Below the pieces are notes generated by a model. The model saw only the letters and a list, made by a program, of their open reading frames with translations. It searched no databases and was not told the DNA's origin. Source: Tubiluchus corallicola (lineage: Eukaryota > Animalia > Priapulida). From it: 64,000 nt of DNA. Location of the stretch: NCBI GenBank assembly GCA_030141605.1, contig JAQGDQ010000008.1:1240001-1304000 (forward strand), in the 5' to 3' direction. This document shows positions 26,034 to 40,100 of the stretch, one piece after another. Position numbers and translations under genes: made by a program. Each line of letters starts with the position of its first letter. Within the stretch, counting starts at the first letter, position 1.

Positions 26034-26141
26034 CGTTTCGCCTTCGTCGTTCTCTGTGGGTATCTTTCCTTTGCCCATTTTTAACTTCCGCTTTTCGTCT
26101 TCTTCACCCTCGGCCGGTTTCTTTTTCTTCTTTTTAGTAAC
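26034..26141 (-). CDS. unc-22: twitchin-like exon: K/E-rich linker (VTKKKKKKPAEGEEDEKRKLKMGKGKIPTENDEGET)
   Basis: tcaatag acceptor, ACG|GTGAGG donor, 108 nt, phase 0-0. Confidence 0.85.
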
Positions 26142-29100
26142 CTATTGAAATCAAAAGCAACGTTCATTACTAATCATTAGCATTCATAACCACATTTGAT
26201 TAAAAATGCTTTAAAAAGCCAAGAAAGCATGCATTTAGTTCAGACTGCAATGTATTGATAGAAATTGCTCCTACAGTATATTGCCAGCTTCCTGAGAAAA
26301 AGGTACTCATGATGGCAATGAGAAATTTAGGCAGAGCAACAAAAATTAAGACTGTTATTTTAGTGTCAATCAAATAGCCTCCATAGAATATTGAGAAAAT
26401 TTTACCCCCCCCCCCCGCATGTATGTGTCCAAAGTCCAATTGTAAAGTATCGAAACAAATTTAAACTAATGCGCTGAAATGTAATGACTTAAATTTGTTT
26501 TACACATGGCAGAAATAAATAACTGGGAAGCATAGGAAATGCCACTGATGAATCAAAAATTGAATTCCTAGGCCTACGTGCTCATTCTCTCGTAAAGCCA
26601 AGATGTAGTTTAATGTCATTTCAGAGCATTGGCAGTCGTTTCCAACTCTAGATAAATAACAAGACCCAGCTAAACAGTAGTAAAGCATTTAGTAATCACA
26701 TTTAAAATATACATTTGAAATAAATGAAGACTACGAATTTGAAAAATGCCATAAGAAAATAAAATTTTCATCCCAGAATTGCACACTGCACAGAAAATTA
26801 CTCACCTGCCTAAGAATTAAAAGCTCAATAAAAATAAAAACCTATAAATAACGCAATAAATGGTTAAAAAATTTCAAGGACTTTTGTAGGGCATCCGAAT
26901 CAAACCATTTCATTTAATGTAACTCGGAAAGCTTATACTTAGTAATGGAACTTTTTATGATACCACTTTTGATTTGAAAACATGTTCTAAATAGTCCTTC
27001 TTTGTCATTGCTTCACCCCCCAAACCAAACTAAACACAAGCATGAAATTAAAAGTACCATGGTAAGCAAGAGATGTCTCAGTTTAATAAGGGTCATCACT
27101 AAGCCAGGCTAATCATAGACCACGTCTTTCTGCTCTATACACCATTTGTTAATCAACAAAATAAGAAGTGTCAACATAGCGAATATCGCATGACACTTTG
27201 ACACAAATGAACGGCTCATTACCTCACTTTTCCACAAATGAATAATATGTTCTTTTATAACTGACACCAGAATGAAAAATCAGATATCAATAGTGCATCA
27301 GTGAAAGTAAAAACCACAACTTCAAAGGCTCAAATAACAAAAATTGTTTTTCCTTCTAAAAAGATTTGTGAAAGCTGCAATGTTTGTAATAAAATGGAGT
27401 GGATTAAACCAGCATAACTGTGATTATTAAACATAATTTTAAGCTAACTGCACATCAATAATTATGACACACTAGTTACTAAAGTATAACATTGAGGAAA
27501 CAAACAAGTAAGACCGTTGCTCAGTGGCCTAACTAAACCAGTGCTTCAAATTTGAAAAATAATGTGGATGTGCATGCAGTAGACATTGTCCAAAACAATG
27601 AAGAAAGTTGCTGCCCTCTATTAGCTCCAAAAATAATACTTCAAAAAAGATGTAGGATAAGTTAGCTCGTTTTGAGGTGCAGTTGGCTCAAACTTACTTT
27701 GACTTACCAATTTTCAGTAGGTTGTTGCATTTACAGCACAGTGTAGTTAGCATGGCAATGTTAAGCAGGTGAGCAGGAACGAGAAAATAAAGAGAATATT
27801 AGAAAGAGTTACTAAATACTAAACAGCAACAATATGCTACAGACACAATTAATCAGACACAATCAAAGTTTCATCGACAAGAAAAATGCCATGTTTCAGA
27901 CTTTAACAAAGGGTCTCTTTACCATCAAACCACAAAAGATTTCATCATCAGGCCTGGCAATAAATACTAATTGTGTGTCTAGACTAGAGTTTTCTCTCAG
28001 AGTTCTTGCTATCAATAGAGCTAGTCTGCAAGAAACTCTTAAAAGAACTCTTAGCAAATCTCATAGAGTTTGTAATAACTTGCCGAGAGAACTCACAGTG
28101 CCGTTCACACTTGGAAGTTTACTTTCAGAGAAAACTCTCGAAAGTAAGGGTATCTGAAATACTTTAATATCATATCGATGGAAATTTAATTGTGAGAACA
28201 TTATTCATTGAAAAATATTAGCATTACAATTACTACATAGCGTTATGCATTAACAAAATTAAATGTTGGTTAACAGTTTAATACTTATTAGTTAGTATGA
28301 TTAATAAATCGGAGCCACGTGTCTGGAAAACCAGTATCTCCAAGTTTTCAAATCATATAGCAATTAAATTGCAAGAAATTATCATTATTAAGCGACTGTA
28401 ATGAAATGGCTCAGCTACAAAAATATTTCTAAAAACTTGTAAACAATAACAATAAAAATACTACTAAGTATGAACAAAAAAAATCTCAGTTAATTTTACC
28501 AATTTTGTGCCTAATTTAAAAAGATATTAGATTCATAAAAAAATATGTCTAATATCATTTGTCATCTAATTTAAAAAAAACAGTAACAGCAATTATGCAG
28601 ATATTGTAGTATTTAAGTTTATGGCAAAAGACCAATAAATTGCCAGAAATTTTGATATTGTTCACTTACTTTAAAAGCCTATACTGTAGTTTTTCAGCTT
28701 TTATGAACCATAATCAGAGGTGTAACCCTTTCCTTTTAAAAATGAAAAAAACACCTGTGCTACTCATTTAAGTCAACAAGTAAACAAGAGCCAAATTTGG
28801 TCACGGTTGCCACAATGCCAAACATTTGAGAAAAACCATCAAACTTTTGTTCTCACATTCTTCGATCATGTAGTACGGGTATCTGGTCATTGAGATTAAC
28901 CAGCTTTGCACAGGGGATTGAAACACTGCAGACTCAGAAAGGGCCTGTCCTGTGTTGTGTTACTAGTAAAATAGCTGGGAGGGGAAACAGTCGTTAAGAA
29001 AGTAATTATAGCCATACAGCATAGTGGTGGTTTTTGAACAGCACCAATGGCATTATTTATAATGAATGTAATTTATAGTGAATGCCAGGAAAGGAACACT

Positions 29101-32100
29101 TTTTGTGTAATATTCAGAGTGTATTGGTCATGACTACACGTTATTGTTATCTGCACATAATTTGGTTACAGAGTGACAAGTTACAAGGTGATGCAAAAGG
29201 AGAATATTGATTTTATGTGAGAAAATTTAATATCTGTGTCTGTGTCCATGTAAATGTCTATGTCTAAGGATTGTCATTGTAATTTGCAAAGGCGCAAAAG
29301 TTTTCTATACAAAAACATCGCACCAGGCAATATAATGTCCAGACAGCATTAAACTATCATTAATAAAGAGTCACATATATGTATAAATATACAAGTGATC
29401 ACTAAGGTTATAACTTGTCATAGTATTGCTCCCTTATTATCTCCCTTGTCTTGGAACTGGACAGTATAAAGTGCCAATAGATTCTTAGCTCTGATTTTCC
29501 TAAAACAAGAGATTTTGAGCAGAGTCCTTGAAGTCTCATAGATTTTCAGATTGTGTCTTCCCATGCTTTGTTAATTTGCTAAACTTTAAAGACAAAAAAC
29601 TTACGACATCACTTTATCTTGGTGAAAAAAATGAGCCAAAGGTTGTGACTTAGTAAGCTTTCAAACACGATTTTCAATGAGGTGATTCAAAATTTTATTT
29701 CAAACACACAGTTCACACAATCGCTGAGCACAGTACCATTTAAGGAAACACAACTTTGCCGTTACTTCGACAACTATTTGATTTTCTCACAATCAAATTC
29801 AATTATTGATATTTAGATGATGGTTATGATGCTAATGAATGATGAATTAAAGAAATAATATTGTCATGTTCCAAGGATGCATTGCATATTATTAATTGTT
29901 GTTACCCTTGGCGAATTTTAGCGAATTTTTCCTAGCTACGTACATCGATTCTCGGCTGCTTGGTTTGGCACATTTTCCTAAAATAACAAGACTGAACTTA
30001 ACTAAATTAAATTAAAAAAACAGCTGTTGTCTAAAAATTGTGTAACAACTTTGTACTGCAGCTGCCAACTGTAACCTAAAAATTATCTAATAAAATTGTC
30101 CTTTCTGCTGTTGCTGCAAGATTTACACCTCGGCACATCAAAGTATTGAGATTTCTTCTAAGTTTGTGAAAGTCTGGATCTTGATTATCTTCAGTGAAAG
30201 GAGCTCTTTCACGGCAGAGCTGAAACTAGGTCTCAGAAACAGCTTCTTAATAAGAAATTTGAGCAAGCGATTTAAGACCCAAAAAAATTAGTCTGGCAGT
30301 TTTTACTGCCACCTTTGAAACATTTGACGTAAGAACATTCTTTTTCCCCATTAAAATACCAAGAATGTTTACTATGACAAATGCTTGTCTGACTGAAACA
30401 TTTTTTTAATTTTACACAATAAATTATAGAAAAATAAAGTAATACAATAACAGCGTGAGCTAGTTTCATAAACTTATATGTCTAACACGATTCTTGAGGA
30501 CTTCAGGTCCCAAAAGATGTATGCAATATTAGCGTTTCAAGTGACAACCAAGTCTTGGTGCAACTTTTAGACTGCTTCCAATGACATTAATAAGACTACA
30601 TTTTGACTTTCTAAAGTTGACAGTTTACAGATGTTTTTAAAGGTAATGGTTGCACTAGAACTATTTACTATTTTGCGAAATAGAATTTCTGGATTCACAA
30701 TAAGGTGCATCCCTTCTAATTCTAACTGTGAATGAATACAGCACGCAGTCATTTTACTATGGGACTAACACACTGATTCAGAATGACAGAGGTAGCAGAA
30801 TTCTATATTTCTTGATCTCACATTACCACCGTTCTCTTTTCAGCAAACCAACATCCACACACAACAACCACTCAGAACCAAATGCGCCGTGAATGACAAT
30901 TCAGCGACTATTGTGATTTGATTTTGCTCTGTAGTTTAGGTACTAATCGTATGTCTTAAGTGTGACAAACAAGTTTAACAGGCATACAACATTACTTTGA
31001 GTACTATGCAGCTTGATAGCAGCTTACAGCAGGAAAAAGTGCTTTTTTAACTATTTCTCGCAACAACTTCCAGCTTCCCTACATTCCCCATTCCCAGGTG
31101 GCTGGTAATAAAGTATTGAATTTGATAGTGTTTATAAACAGTGCAAATGGCTGTTTGAACTCAGGACATTCAGAACAAAGTAAATGAGAATTGAAAAGTG
31201 ATCGATTGCTCTACTTTGAGGCACAAGGTCTTACATCGGTATTTTCCGAGATGTCAGTCAGTGCGCACATGTGGGCAGGCAAAACCGAAAAGAGAACATT
31301 AGTAATGTGATAAGCGTGGAGATAGGTGATGACAAAAGAGACGCCACGCTTTTTCCTGCAAACTCGTGACCACATGTCATACTAATTCACAGTAGCTTCA
31401 ACATAAAGGCACCAATCATTATAAATGAGGTGAAAGAAACTGACTTCAATCTGACAGCTATGTAACCTACTTAATACAAGAGCTCAGGTTAAACTAGCAT
31501 AAATCATGGAACATAGTGACATTTTTTTTTAATTTTACAGGCACCAACTGTGGTATTCAATGTTTAGGAACCATTTTTGGCTTTTAAAAATATCATGTAA
31601 GAATTTTTAGTGGCACAGTGAGTTGACTGAAGGATGTCTGGATGGAAAGTGTAGCAAAATCAGGGCATAACATGTTGAATCAATGGCGTAAGAGATGACA
31701 AAATATAAGTGTGGAGTGTAAGGACTGTTTCTTGCCTTCGTTAAATACAAAGCACATTTTTTTAGTCCGAAAAAGCTAGTTTGAATAGCATGCGAACAAA
31801 GGTCATTTTTAAAAGATATCATTAATGAATACCTTGTTTACATACAATCAAGAATACGATATTGAACATCGTTTCATTTCGCATTTGAAACACAAGTTTG
31901 AAGCTTGTGTAGATGTTTTGAATTTTTCTGATTACATAAGTTCTAATAACAACCAGCTTTAAAATAAATTATAATTTCACGAGTGAATAATGACTACTTT
32001 GTGAAAATCGCACTTTTAAAAATTAATTTCGTTGTTGTTACTATGCTTTGTCGATTAATTGAAATTTTTAAATGCAGACAAAACGACAATTAGGTTAAAC

Positions 32101-34614
32101 AAGATTTTCGTTTGTTGTTTTTATAAAGCTTGTATTTAAACTTGCAACTTTTTGTAGACAGAATGGTGCAAGGCAGATAAGAATTTCGAGAATGGAGAAA
32201 AAATCTCAGTGTGCATACCAACAGGAAAACTGACCAGTACCAGATTATAAATATGTAAACAAAAACAGTTTTCCTGACAAACATTGGCTAAGTGGCAACC
32301 ACGTGAAATTCCATAGTTTAAAATTTGCCTCTTCCAAGAGCAACATACGAACCTCTTTTCTTGAAGTCTGCACATGAGGTGATCCCGCAATGCAAAGCAC
32401 AGGCGGCATCAGCAGAAGCGTGTTAGGAAAGAAAATAAAAAAACACACATCAAGTATTAGCTTTAGATTCGTTAGATGCTACAAGACACAGTGACAGAAT
32501 CAGAATGAGCCAAGAAGTTGTTAAAAAATACACAGTTCAATATGCCGTGAAACTGCACTTTTTCCAGAAGAAAAAACATTACGTAGACGACTTGAGTGTG
32601 TCATCACAGCACATTTCAAAATATCAAAAACACATTAACAATTTATTATAAAAACATCAGTGAGTTTTTCTAGTAGAAATTTATACTAATTTTGGCATAT
32701 TTATCACGTGCAAAATTCTGGATCTTATTTGAAAGCCGGAGTCAAAAGATAAAAGAAGTACGTATGCAATCAACAGATGTTACCTCAGAGCTGATTCTAT
32801 CTTTGTTAATAAAAATTACGGATCAATAACAATCAACGGTTTACTTCAACTACATATTAACTAAAACTACAGTAGTACAACTAAATTCGATTAACAGGGT
32901 ACTACTAACCATACTAAACTAATCACTAATGGCTAGTAGCAAGTTATAACTCAGTAAAGCATGTTAACAGTGTGAAGTCAGCAAAAGTAGCTGCCATTAA
33001 GTTTTTACTAATTTAATTGAATTAATAAGTAATTACTTAATTAATAATACTTTGCCGGTGACATGATACAAGGCCTGGTTACACAATATGCAATTTCTTG
33101 AGAATTAAATAAAGTAGTCAACCTAGGTATGCATATTTAAAAGCGCATAACCATTTTGCAGCACCGATTCACAAACAAGATAGACTGGTCTGTCTTTAAT
33201 AGATAGCTCAAGTATTCTAACTAAAGAATTTGGGCAACACGATGAAAAAAGGAAGACTAAGGACAAGACAATTTGTAAGGTAATTAAAACAATATAAGCT
33301 AATGACAGTTGGGGTAAAAAATGATATTTTAGGAAAAACAAGTGTAAAGAATGTGCAGGGGTTTATATTGTTAAGAATCCACTTACTGATGCCTTACAAG
33401 ATGGAAAGGACAATTTCCTTCAACAGAAGCTCCACAGGTGCAAAAGGAAAACAGGTTATTAGATTCTAATTGGGTGTGACGAAAGTCATTAAAAATAAAA
33501 TGTCACTTCATGCCAGTTTAAAAGTGTGAAAAAGTGTACTATAAGAAGTATAGAACACATATAGACAAACCCAGGCATTTTAATAAGAATTCACCCGAAT
33601 TCCAGTGTAGAAGTTGCATGTGATCAACAATATTTTTATATACAATTAGGCTCCTGCAAGTAGGAGTGAGCACACAACGACATGGTCATTTTTATAGAAT
33701 AGTAAGTATATAGGTGACTGTGTTGGACCAAAGCCTGGCTCATTATCAATTTTAATGCTATAGCATGAGATGCTTAATCAGCAGAGCCGTCTTGTGTATG
33801 TTCGGTTGACTATATATCCTCCCTCAAAGAGATAATTATCCATGGGCTTTAAATCATGCAATCACTCATCCATAGCTGAATAGGCTTAACGTTGCTTAAC
33901 TTGAGTTGTTGTTGTTAAGCGCACACAGTAACCACTCGTCTGCTCGCCTGTCATTATGTTCTTATGCTAGACTAATTGAAACTGTTAGAAACAAATATCT
34001 TATAAGGATAATATAGAGCCACACTTGCTGACGTATTTCAAACAGTAGCACTTTATTCATTCAGCTCTGTAATGCTCCACAATGAAATACGCTACACCTC
34101 CCAAAAAAGAAGCCCAACATTTCCTCTTCTGACTGCGCTGCATGAATGAAAGAAGCTGTCTCACTTGACTGTGCCGCGTGGCAGCCTTGCAGCTTCTCTG
34201 GTATGCCGAAGCCACATTGAGCGCATACTTCACTTAAGTTGTTAAACCTCTTCTATCTCCTCCAGGGCAATCACAACACTAAATGAACAGCATGTAAATA
34301 ACGCCTCTATTAGTTCTCAATAGAACTGGGATGAAGTTGAAGACGTGCCGCTAATCCTGGAGGATTTGCAATGATTGGCTATTAAAATGTTACAGGTAGC
34401 GCCTCTGGGGTGCCCTATAAAATCACTAAAATTAGACCAATAGCTACACTAATATGGAGCGGGGAACCCATTTTAAAACTGCGTTAATATTTCTTGTTCA
34501 CTCTGTAATTAAACTTATAGGATAATGTTATAAAAAAGAGTTCCAAAGCTCTCTCTCTCCTCTACTTTCTCTCTCCCGTGTTTTTCTAATCCCCTTCCGT
34601 TCTGTCTTTCACTC

Positions 34615-34940
34615 TCTTTTTGCCCTCTCCGCTCCACCCTCTTTCCAACTTGCAATTTTCTATAGTAGAAGCAAATCACTGTCTCCCCCCTTCAAGTTCT
34701 AGGACGGAAGTAAGACTCGTCTCCCACACCTCTTTCCAGCTCGCTACCTATAAGTGAAATAGAATTCCATCTGCCTAGCAAAGAGAACCATGTGTGGCTC
34801 ACCTCTCTTTCCAACTCGCTGCTTCCTACAACAGAAGTAGAACTCCACTTCTCCCACCTCTTTCTTAGAACGGAAGCAGAACACAGTTTCTTCCCACCCC
34901 CTCTTTCCAGTTCGCTGCCTCCTACAACGGAAGCAGAACA
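34615..34940. repeat. Degenerate GC-rich tandem repeat (cctctttccarctcgct...acggaagyagaac core)
   Basis: Core recurs about 4 times with irregular spacing. Confidence 0.7.
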
Positions 34941-35868
34941 TACCAGCTAACTATGCGCACTTCAACTAAAGCGACAAGATGGGATTTAACAGGCCTACAG
35001 CAAACTAGGAGCAAAAATGTGAAAAATGCAAAATAATGTCTTTTCACTGGGTCACTCGATTTTGTCGGTCGACCGTGAAATAACTGCACAGACGCTGTGC
35101 GGTAACCTACTTACACAGTGGCTTCTGCTTTACAGGAAAAGCGGAAGAAAGAAGCCTCCTAAGAGATGACAGACACACGCGACTTTAGAGACGTGAAAAC
35201 ATCGTTAAGGATATAAAATGTATCCCTAATGAGCATAAAAGTCCATCAAAGCAGCAAGAGTATTCTTCCCAGCCCAGCATTAGAAAGTGCTACATGTCAG
35301 TGTAGCAATAACATCAGCAAGTATGACAACAGTGCGCCCAACCCATTTTCTTAGACACTTTGTAACATAGAATCCAGCAGTCAACGAGATGTTTGTGGCG
35401 TGACCGCAATCTTGCTCATTATTAAGGATAAACAGGCAGATATGTCTTAGTCACAGTCGATATGAATACAGTCGGGTAACATCCTCTCCCACGTCAGATA
35501 TTTCTACGGTATTTTGATCCAGTCAAATGACCAATCGAAGCTTCTTTGATTTTCATCTGCTGGTCATTGACCCAAAAAATTGAAAACCATAATCTGTAGA
35601 AAAAGCCACAGTACTCTCGAACAACTAGGCTGTTTTGTTCCAGATGTTCTAAAACGCTTCACCATATGAAATTAAGCAGTTATAAAAATTAGTACAGTAA
35701 AATCTTTAAAGGTTCTGTGAAACTTTACTTCAGGCGCTTTACTTTTTTTGGAAATGTAAGTTCGCATCAATCCATGTGGTAAAAGAGTAGTCTATTTTAA
35801 TAATGGACAGGATATTACTGACAGTAATTTTTGTATGTAGAGTAATAATGTAGTAATAATTTTTGTAT

Positions 35869-35869
<1 letters not shown>

Positions 35870-35933
<64 letters not shown>
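35870..35933. repeat. (AAT)n microsatellite, about 21 units
   Basis: Perfect run. Confidence 0.97.
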
Positions 35934-35935
<2 letters not shown>

Positions 35936-37482
35936 AAAGTTGTTATATGAAAATCTGTCAGTAATATTGTCAAGTGTACTGACATTTTTGCATAAATCTA
36001 CCAGGTCTTAAAGTTAAATAGATAACCAAAAACTTTAACCGCTAAAATAATCCTGATTGGTCACAATTTTTCTTTGCCATCTTTTTTTCAGTTAATTAGC
36101 TATTAGGTTAATGACTCATAATATGCAAGCTGACAGGTTTATCACACTGTGCATATCTAATGATTTCAGGGAAAATAATTTGCACATCTCATATTCACAT
36201 ATGGACTTACTATTACCAATGAAGAAATGGAGAAGTGATTACTCAAAGCAGATTCACACAGAAAAATCACAAATAGTTATTGAGAGTAGAAATGATAAAA
36301 CACTGTAACATACTTAATACAATATTACAACAATGTCAAAAAAACACAATAAACACAAAATTATTAATATGGATACAAGAAAAATAGAACTCCATACAAC
36401 AATGGACGATGATTAGGAACAAAAGAACTCCCGAATAAAAAAATAATAATAATGGTCATTTAGCAGGCTGTACCACATTTACATTCTTATTTAATTCTTG
36501 TTTTTATTCCTGTTGGCCTGTTAAACTTAACTAGACGTAGGCTAGACAGTGAAATTGCTGTCACTGGTGTCTAGGTTAAAGGTTAGATGATACGGTGATT
36601 GAACGTATCAAACTACTTCTCAAAATATCCTAAATAAAATCAGTTTTTTGAGGGAAAACAATAATCTTTAATTGGTTTGTCAATGTAACTTCTAATAAAG
36701 TTTTCGGACATAAACGAACTATTACAGACTATTTGAAATTGTAAGTAGTTAGATGTCTCTTTTTAACAGCAATTCTGCGCCTAGGTATCGTGCAAACAAT
36801 TATAAGTTTGATTGTGCAGTGAAGTTGAATGTGCAAAATCATTGTACACTTGCACCTACCAAATGCTTAGCTATGTTCTGCTAGAGTGATTGGGATAAAA
36901 TTATGTAAGTGTACACTCAAATATTTGCTGTACATAAGCCTCTACACAGGGAACCATCTGCCAACGCTAACTTAGACAAAGTGTGTTTTATCAAAATTGT
37001 ATTCGCTAGATTTATTGCAGTTTTATACAATAATACAATCCTGCGGTACTGTTTAATGGGTTACATACAGCAAATATCTGACAATACACTTACGTATAAG
37101 ACTGTCAATCAATCTAGCTGAACAAATTTGATAAGCATTCCACAAAGGCTTATTTGATGTGTAGTACGCAGGTACGCAATCATGTGCGCGCTTACACTGG
37201 TGTACAGTGTGTATGCAATATGCATGCCAAAACCAGGTAACCAAAGCTGAATTAACACCAAGAGATCCGAGTACACTGATAATAACCTCCCATCAATCTC
37301 ATTCGCAAATTAACTATGCATTAAACTGTAGAAAGATGGCTTGCTACCGTTTTTATACTTCTATCAGATAATAATAAACAACAATAAATCACTCTTGTTA
37401 GCATACTTACTACTACACTATTACAATTACCGTGATGGTGAAAATTTGCAAGTTTAACGAGGTGATTTTTCGAAACCGTTAC

Positions 37483-37608
37483 CTTCTTTTTTGGTTTATC
37501 TGGAGCCTCAAGTTCGTCCATAATTTTCTCGGGTCCATCCTCGCTGGGTTCTTCCTGTATGCTGTTCCTGTTCATGGCATTTAACCTTTCCAGATCCTCT
37601 AGATGAGG
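37483..37608 (-). CDS. unc-22: twitchin-like exon: linker (PHLEDLERLNAMNRNSIQEEPSEDGPEKIMDELEAPDKPKKK)
   Basis: tttacag acceptor, AAG|GTAACG donor, 126 nt, phase 0-0. Confidence 0.8.
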
Positions 37609-37757
37609 CTGTAAACAACAACAACTATGACAGCAGAGATAAACAAAAATATGAACAATATTACAACTTTCGAAAAAACTTAGTGAAAACAAATCAATAC
37701 TGTCATTATCAAATTATTTCATTGTTATTAACTGCTAGATAGAATTACTGTGTTATA

Positions 37758-37988
37758 CAGGGTGTTTCAGAAAAAGCAGTGCAGTAGAAAAGTGGTGATA
37801 CACTGAAATATGTTGATCAGATCACAAAGAAACGTACCATCGGTTTCCGTATTATGACCTCTTACTGTAAAGATTATTTGCATAACTCCAATTTTCATAC
37901 CATATAACTTAATTTCTGTACATTCTAATACAAACATATCACCATATCAGTTTGCTTCTAATGCATCTGTTTCTTGTGGAATACTCTG
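37758..37988. mobile_element. Degenerate Tc1/mariner-type MITE (same family as 13249)
   Basis: TA-CAGGGTGTTTCAGAAAAAGCAGTGCAGT left end; decayed right end near 37970-37988. Confidence 0.5.
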
Positions 37989-39710
37989 AACAAGAATATG
38001 TAAGTGTACAGACATATTATTAGAATTTATTGTTTAACCAAACCTGAATACAAAAGCACAGAAAAATTAAAGAGATGCAATGTTGCATTTAAACTCTTTT
38101 CACCTTTAAAATGACATCACAAATATCATTGTCGTATTAACATTGAAATATTGCCACAGCTTTCATTATCATCATTTTTATAATTATTTATCAAAAGTTA
38201 AAACATTAATTATTTTTGTATGATTGTTGGTGATTAATCTCAATTTCATTATGCTTGTTTGATTTGTCTGCAGTACTAGACTGATAAAAACATAGTAATA
38301 ATCATGTAATAAATGAAATAGCATTATTGTAATAAATTGCTATACCAGTCTGTTAGGGCGAGTTTTAGGCTTATGTTGCTCAGTTTGCAAAGCCATTATG
38401 TATTGATTAACACAGTAAAAACTAATGCTTAAATGATGGTCAGCTTTACTCACAAAAATTCATGACCCACTGATACTCATTTTTACCACTGATTAATCCA
38501 CAATTTACACAGAACATGTTAACACCAGTGCGCGCCGCACAACAAAATTCATCATATTCAAATGACGCCGCAACCACACACTAGTAGATGCTACTTGCTT
38601 TACCAGCAAGTAACATCTACACCAATACATGCATGCCCATGGGGTATAAATGATGAAAACAGGCTAACTTTAACGATCAACTTCTTGTCAACTTTTTGGG
38701 AAGTGCGTGCAACCCAATCCCTGCGACACGGCTACATCATGATTGATTATTGCATGCCACAGATTTTATAAGCACCAATTCGGGCGTGTAGTAAGAGTTA
38801 ACTTGCGGGCAAAAAAACCGACTGAGGTAATAAAACCCCGTCGAAATGAAGCTCGGTGGAAAATGTGCAGTGCTCAATTAGCCGAGCTAAATAAGTGATA
38901 AATTAATGCGATCCTGCACACGGCTGGCTGTATGAATTATGTCTGTTGCTTGAATGGAAGTCAATTGAGGATGCATGTGGTTTTTGTAAGGATGTCAGTT
39001 ATGTACAGTAGGCAGGCATAGAAATGACTTCGAAAGTCTTTTAAAAACTCCGGAAGAATCCAAGAACTTTCAGCAAAAGCCTTTTACTTCAGTTCCGTAA
39101 CATTTACTAGAATATTTTGAGGAAATAGTTAACTTTAAATAATATTGAAATAGGCCAATCAGATGACAAGGAAACAGCAATCTGGGGAACGATGTCTTTT
39201 AAAACTCCCTTTTTGGAAGACTGTGGGAAACAGTAGGAATGAAAAATGACAAAAGCTATTGAAGAAAAAGAAATCAGAGAAGCCACTTTGAATAACCAAT
39301 TTGAAGAAATCCATAAGATAAAAACTGTAAACCAAGAAAGTTCTCAAAGGCAATAAGTGGCGAAATTCTTTGAAGCAAAGAAGAATGAAAGTACGTTTTC
39401 AGCCTGTTTCAAAGCCACATTCTCTACTAATTAAAAAAAATCAACTAAGGACACGTAGAATTTTTGTTGTGGAGTTAAAGCATATCACACGACAAGCCTC
39501 TAAGGCAAGCTGTTTAAAAAACTTCTGGACTAAGCAAAGAGAAACCATTAGAAAAAGTGTCTTGGAACAAGCTGTGCAGAAAGAAAAACAAAAGCACGAA
39601 ACCTTTCCTAAGACATCTTAAAACAGACTCATCTGGGCAACATTTTAAAGCAAGGTAAGTAACAAAAGCTTTCAAAATAAGAAACCCGCAAAAGCACTTT
39701 AAGTAACTAA

Positions 39711-40100
39711 CTCAGTGACGCCCTTGAAATAAGGAACTCAGTGACGCCTGTGAAATAAATAACTTAATCGAGCCTTTGAAATAAATAGTTCAACGAAGCC
39801 TATGAAATAACGAAGTCAATGAAGCCCTTGAAATAAATAATGCAGTTAAGCCCCTGAAATAAAGAACTCAATGAATCGTTGAAAGAAAAAGCTCGAAGAG
39901 CCTTGAAATAAATAATTCAATGAACTGTTGTAGTAAACGACTATATATTACATTTGAAATAAAAAACTCCACGAGCCCTTGAAATAATCAATCAACGAAG
40001 CCACTGAAGCAATGAAGCTCTTAAAATAAAAGAAAATCAAGAACGCTTGAAATAAATAACTCAACGAACCGTTGAAGCAGATAACTCAATGAAGCCCTTG
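39711..40100. repeat. 26-bp minisatellite (ctcaatgaagcccttgaaataaataa), about 14-15 degenerate copies
   Basis: Unit starts at 39711, 39737, 39763, 39789, 39815 (26-bp period). Confidence 0.9.

Noticed and set aside
27834-28157. 107-aa plus-strand ORF
   Set aside because: Overlaps a semi-palindromic gagttttctc/gagaaaactc repeat relic; no recognisable domain
39711-40100. Regularly spaced repeats resembling a CRISPR array
   Set aside because: Contiguous degenerate 26-bp tandem units with no unique spacers, no cas genes, in a eukaryotic intron
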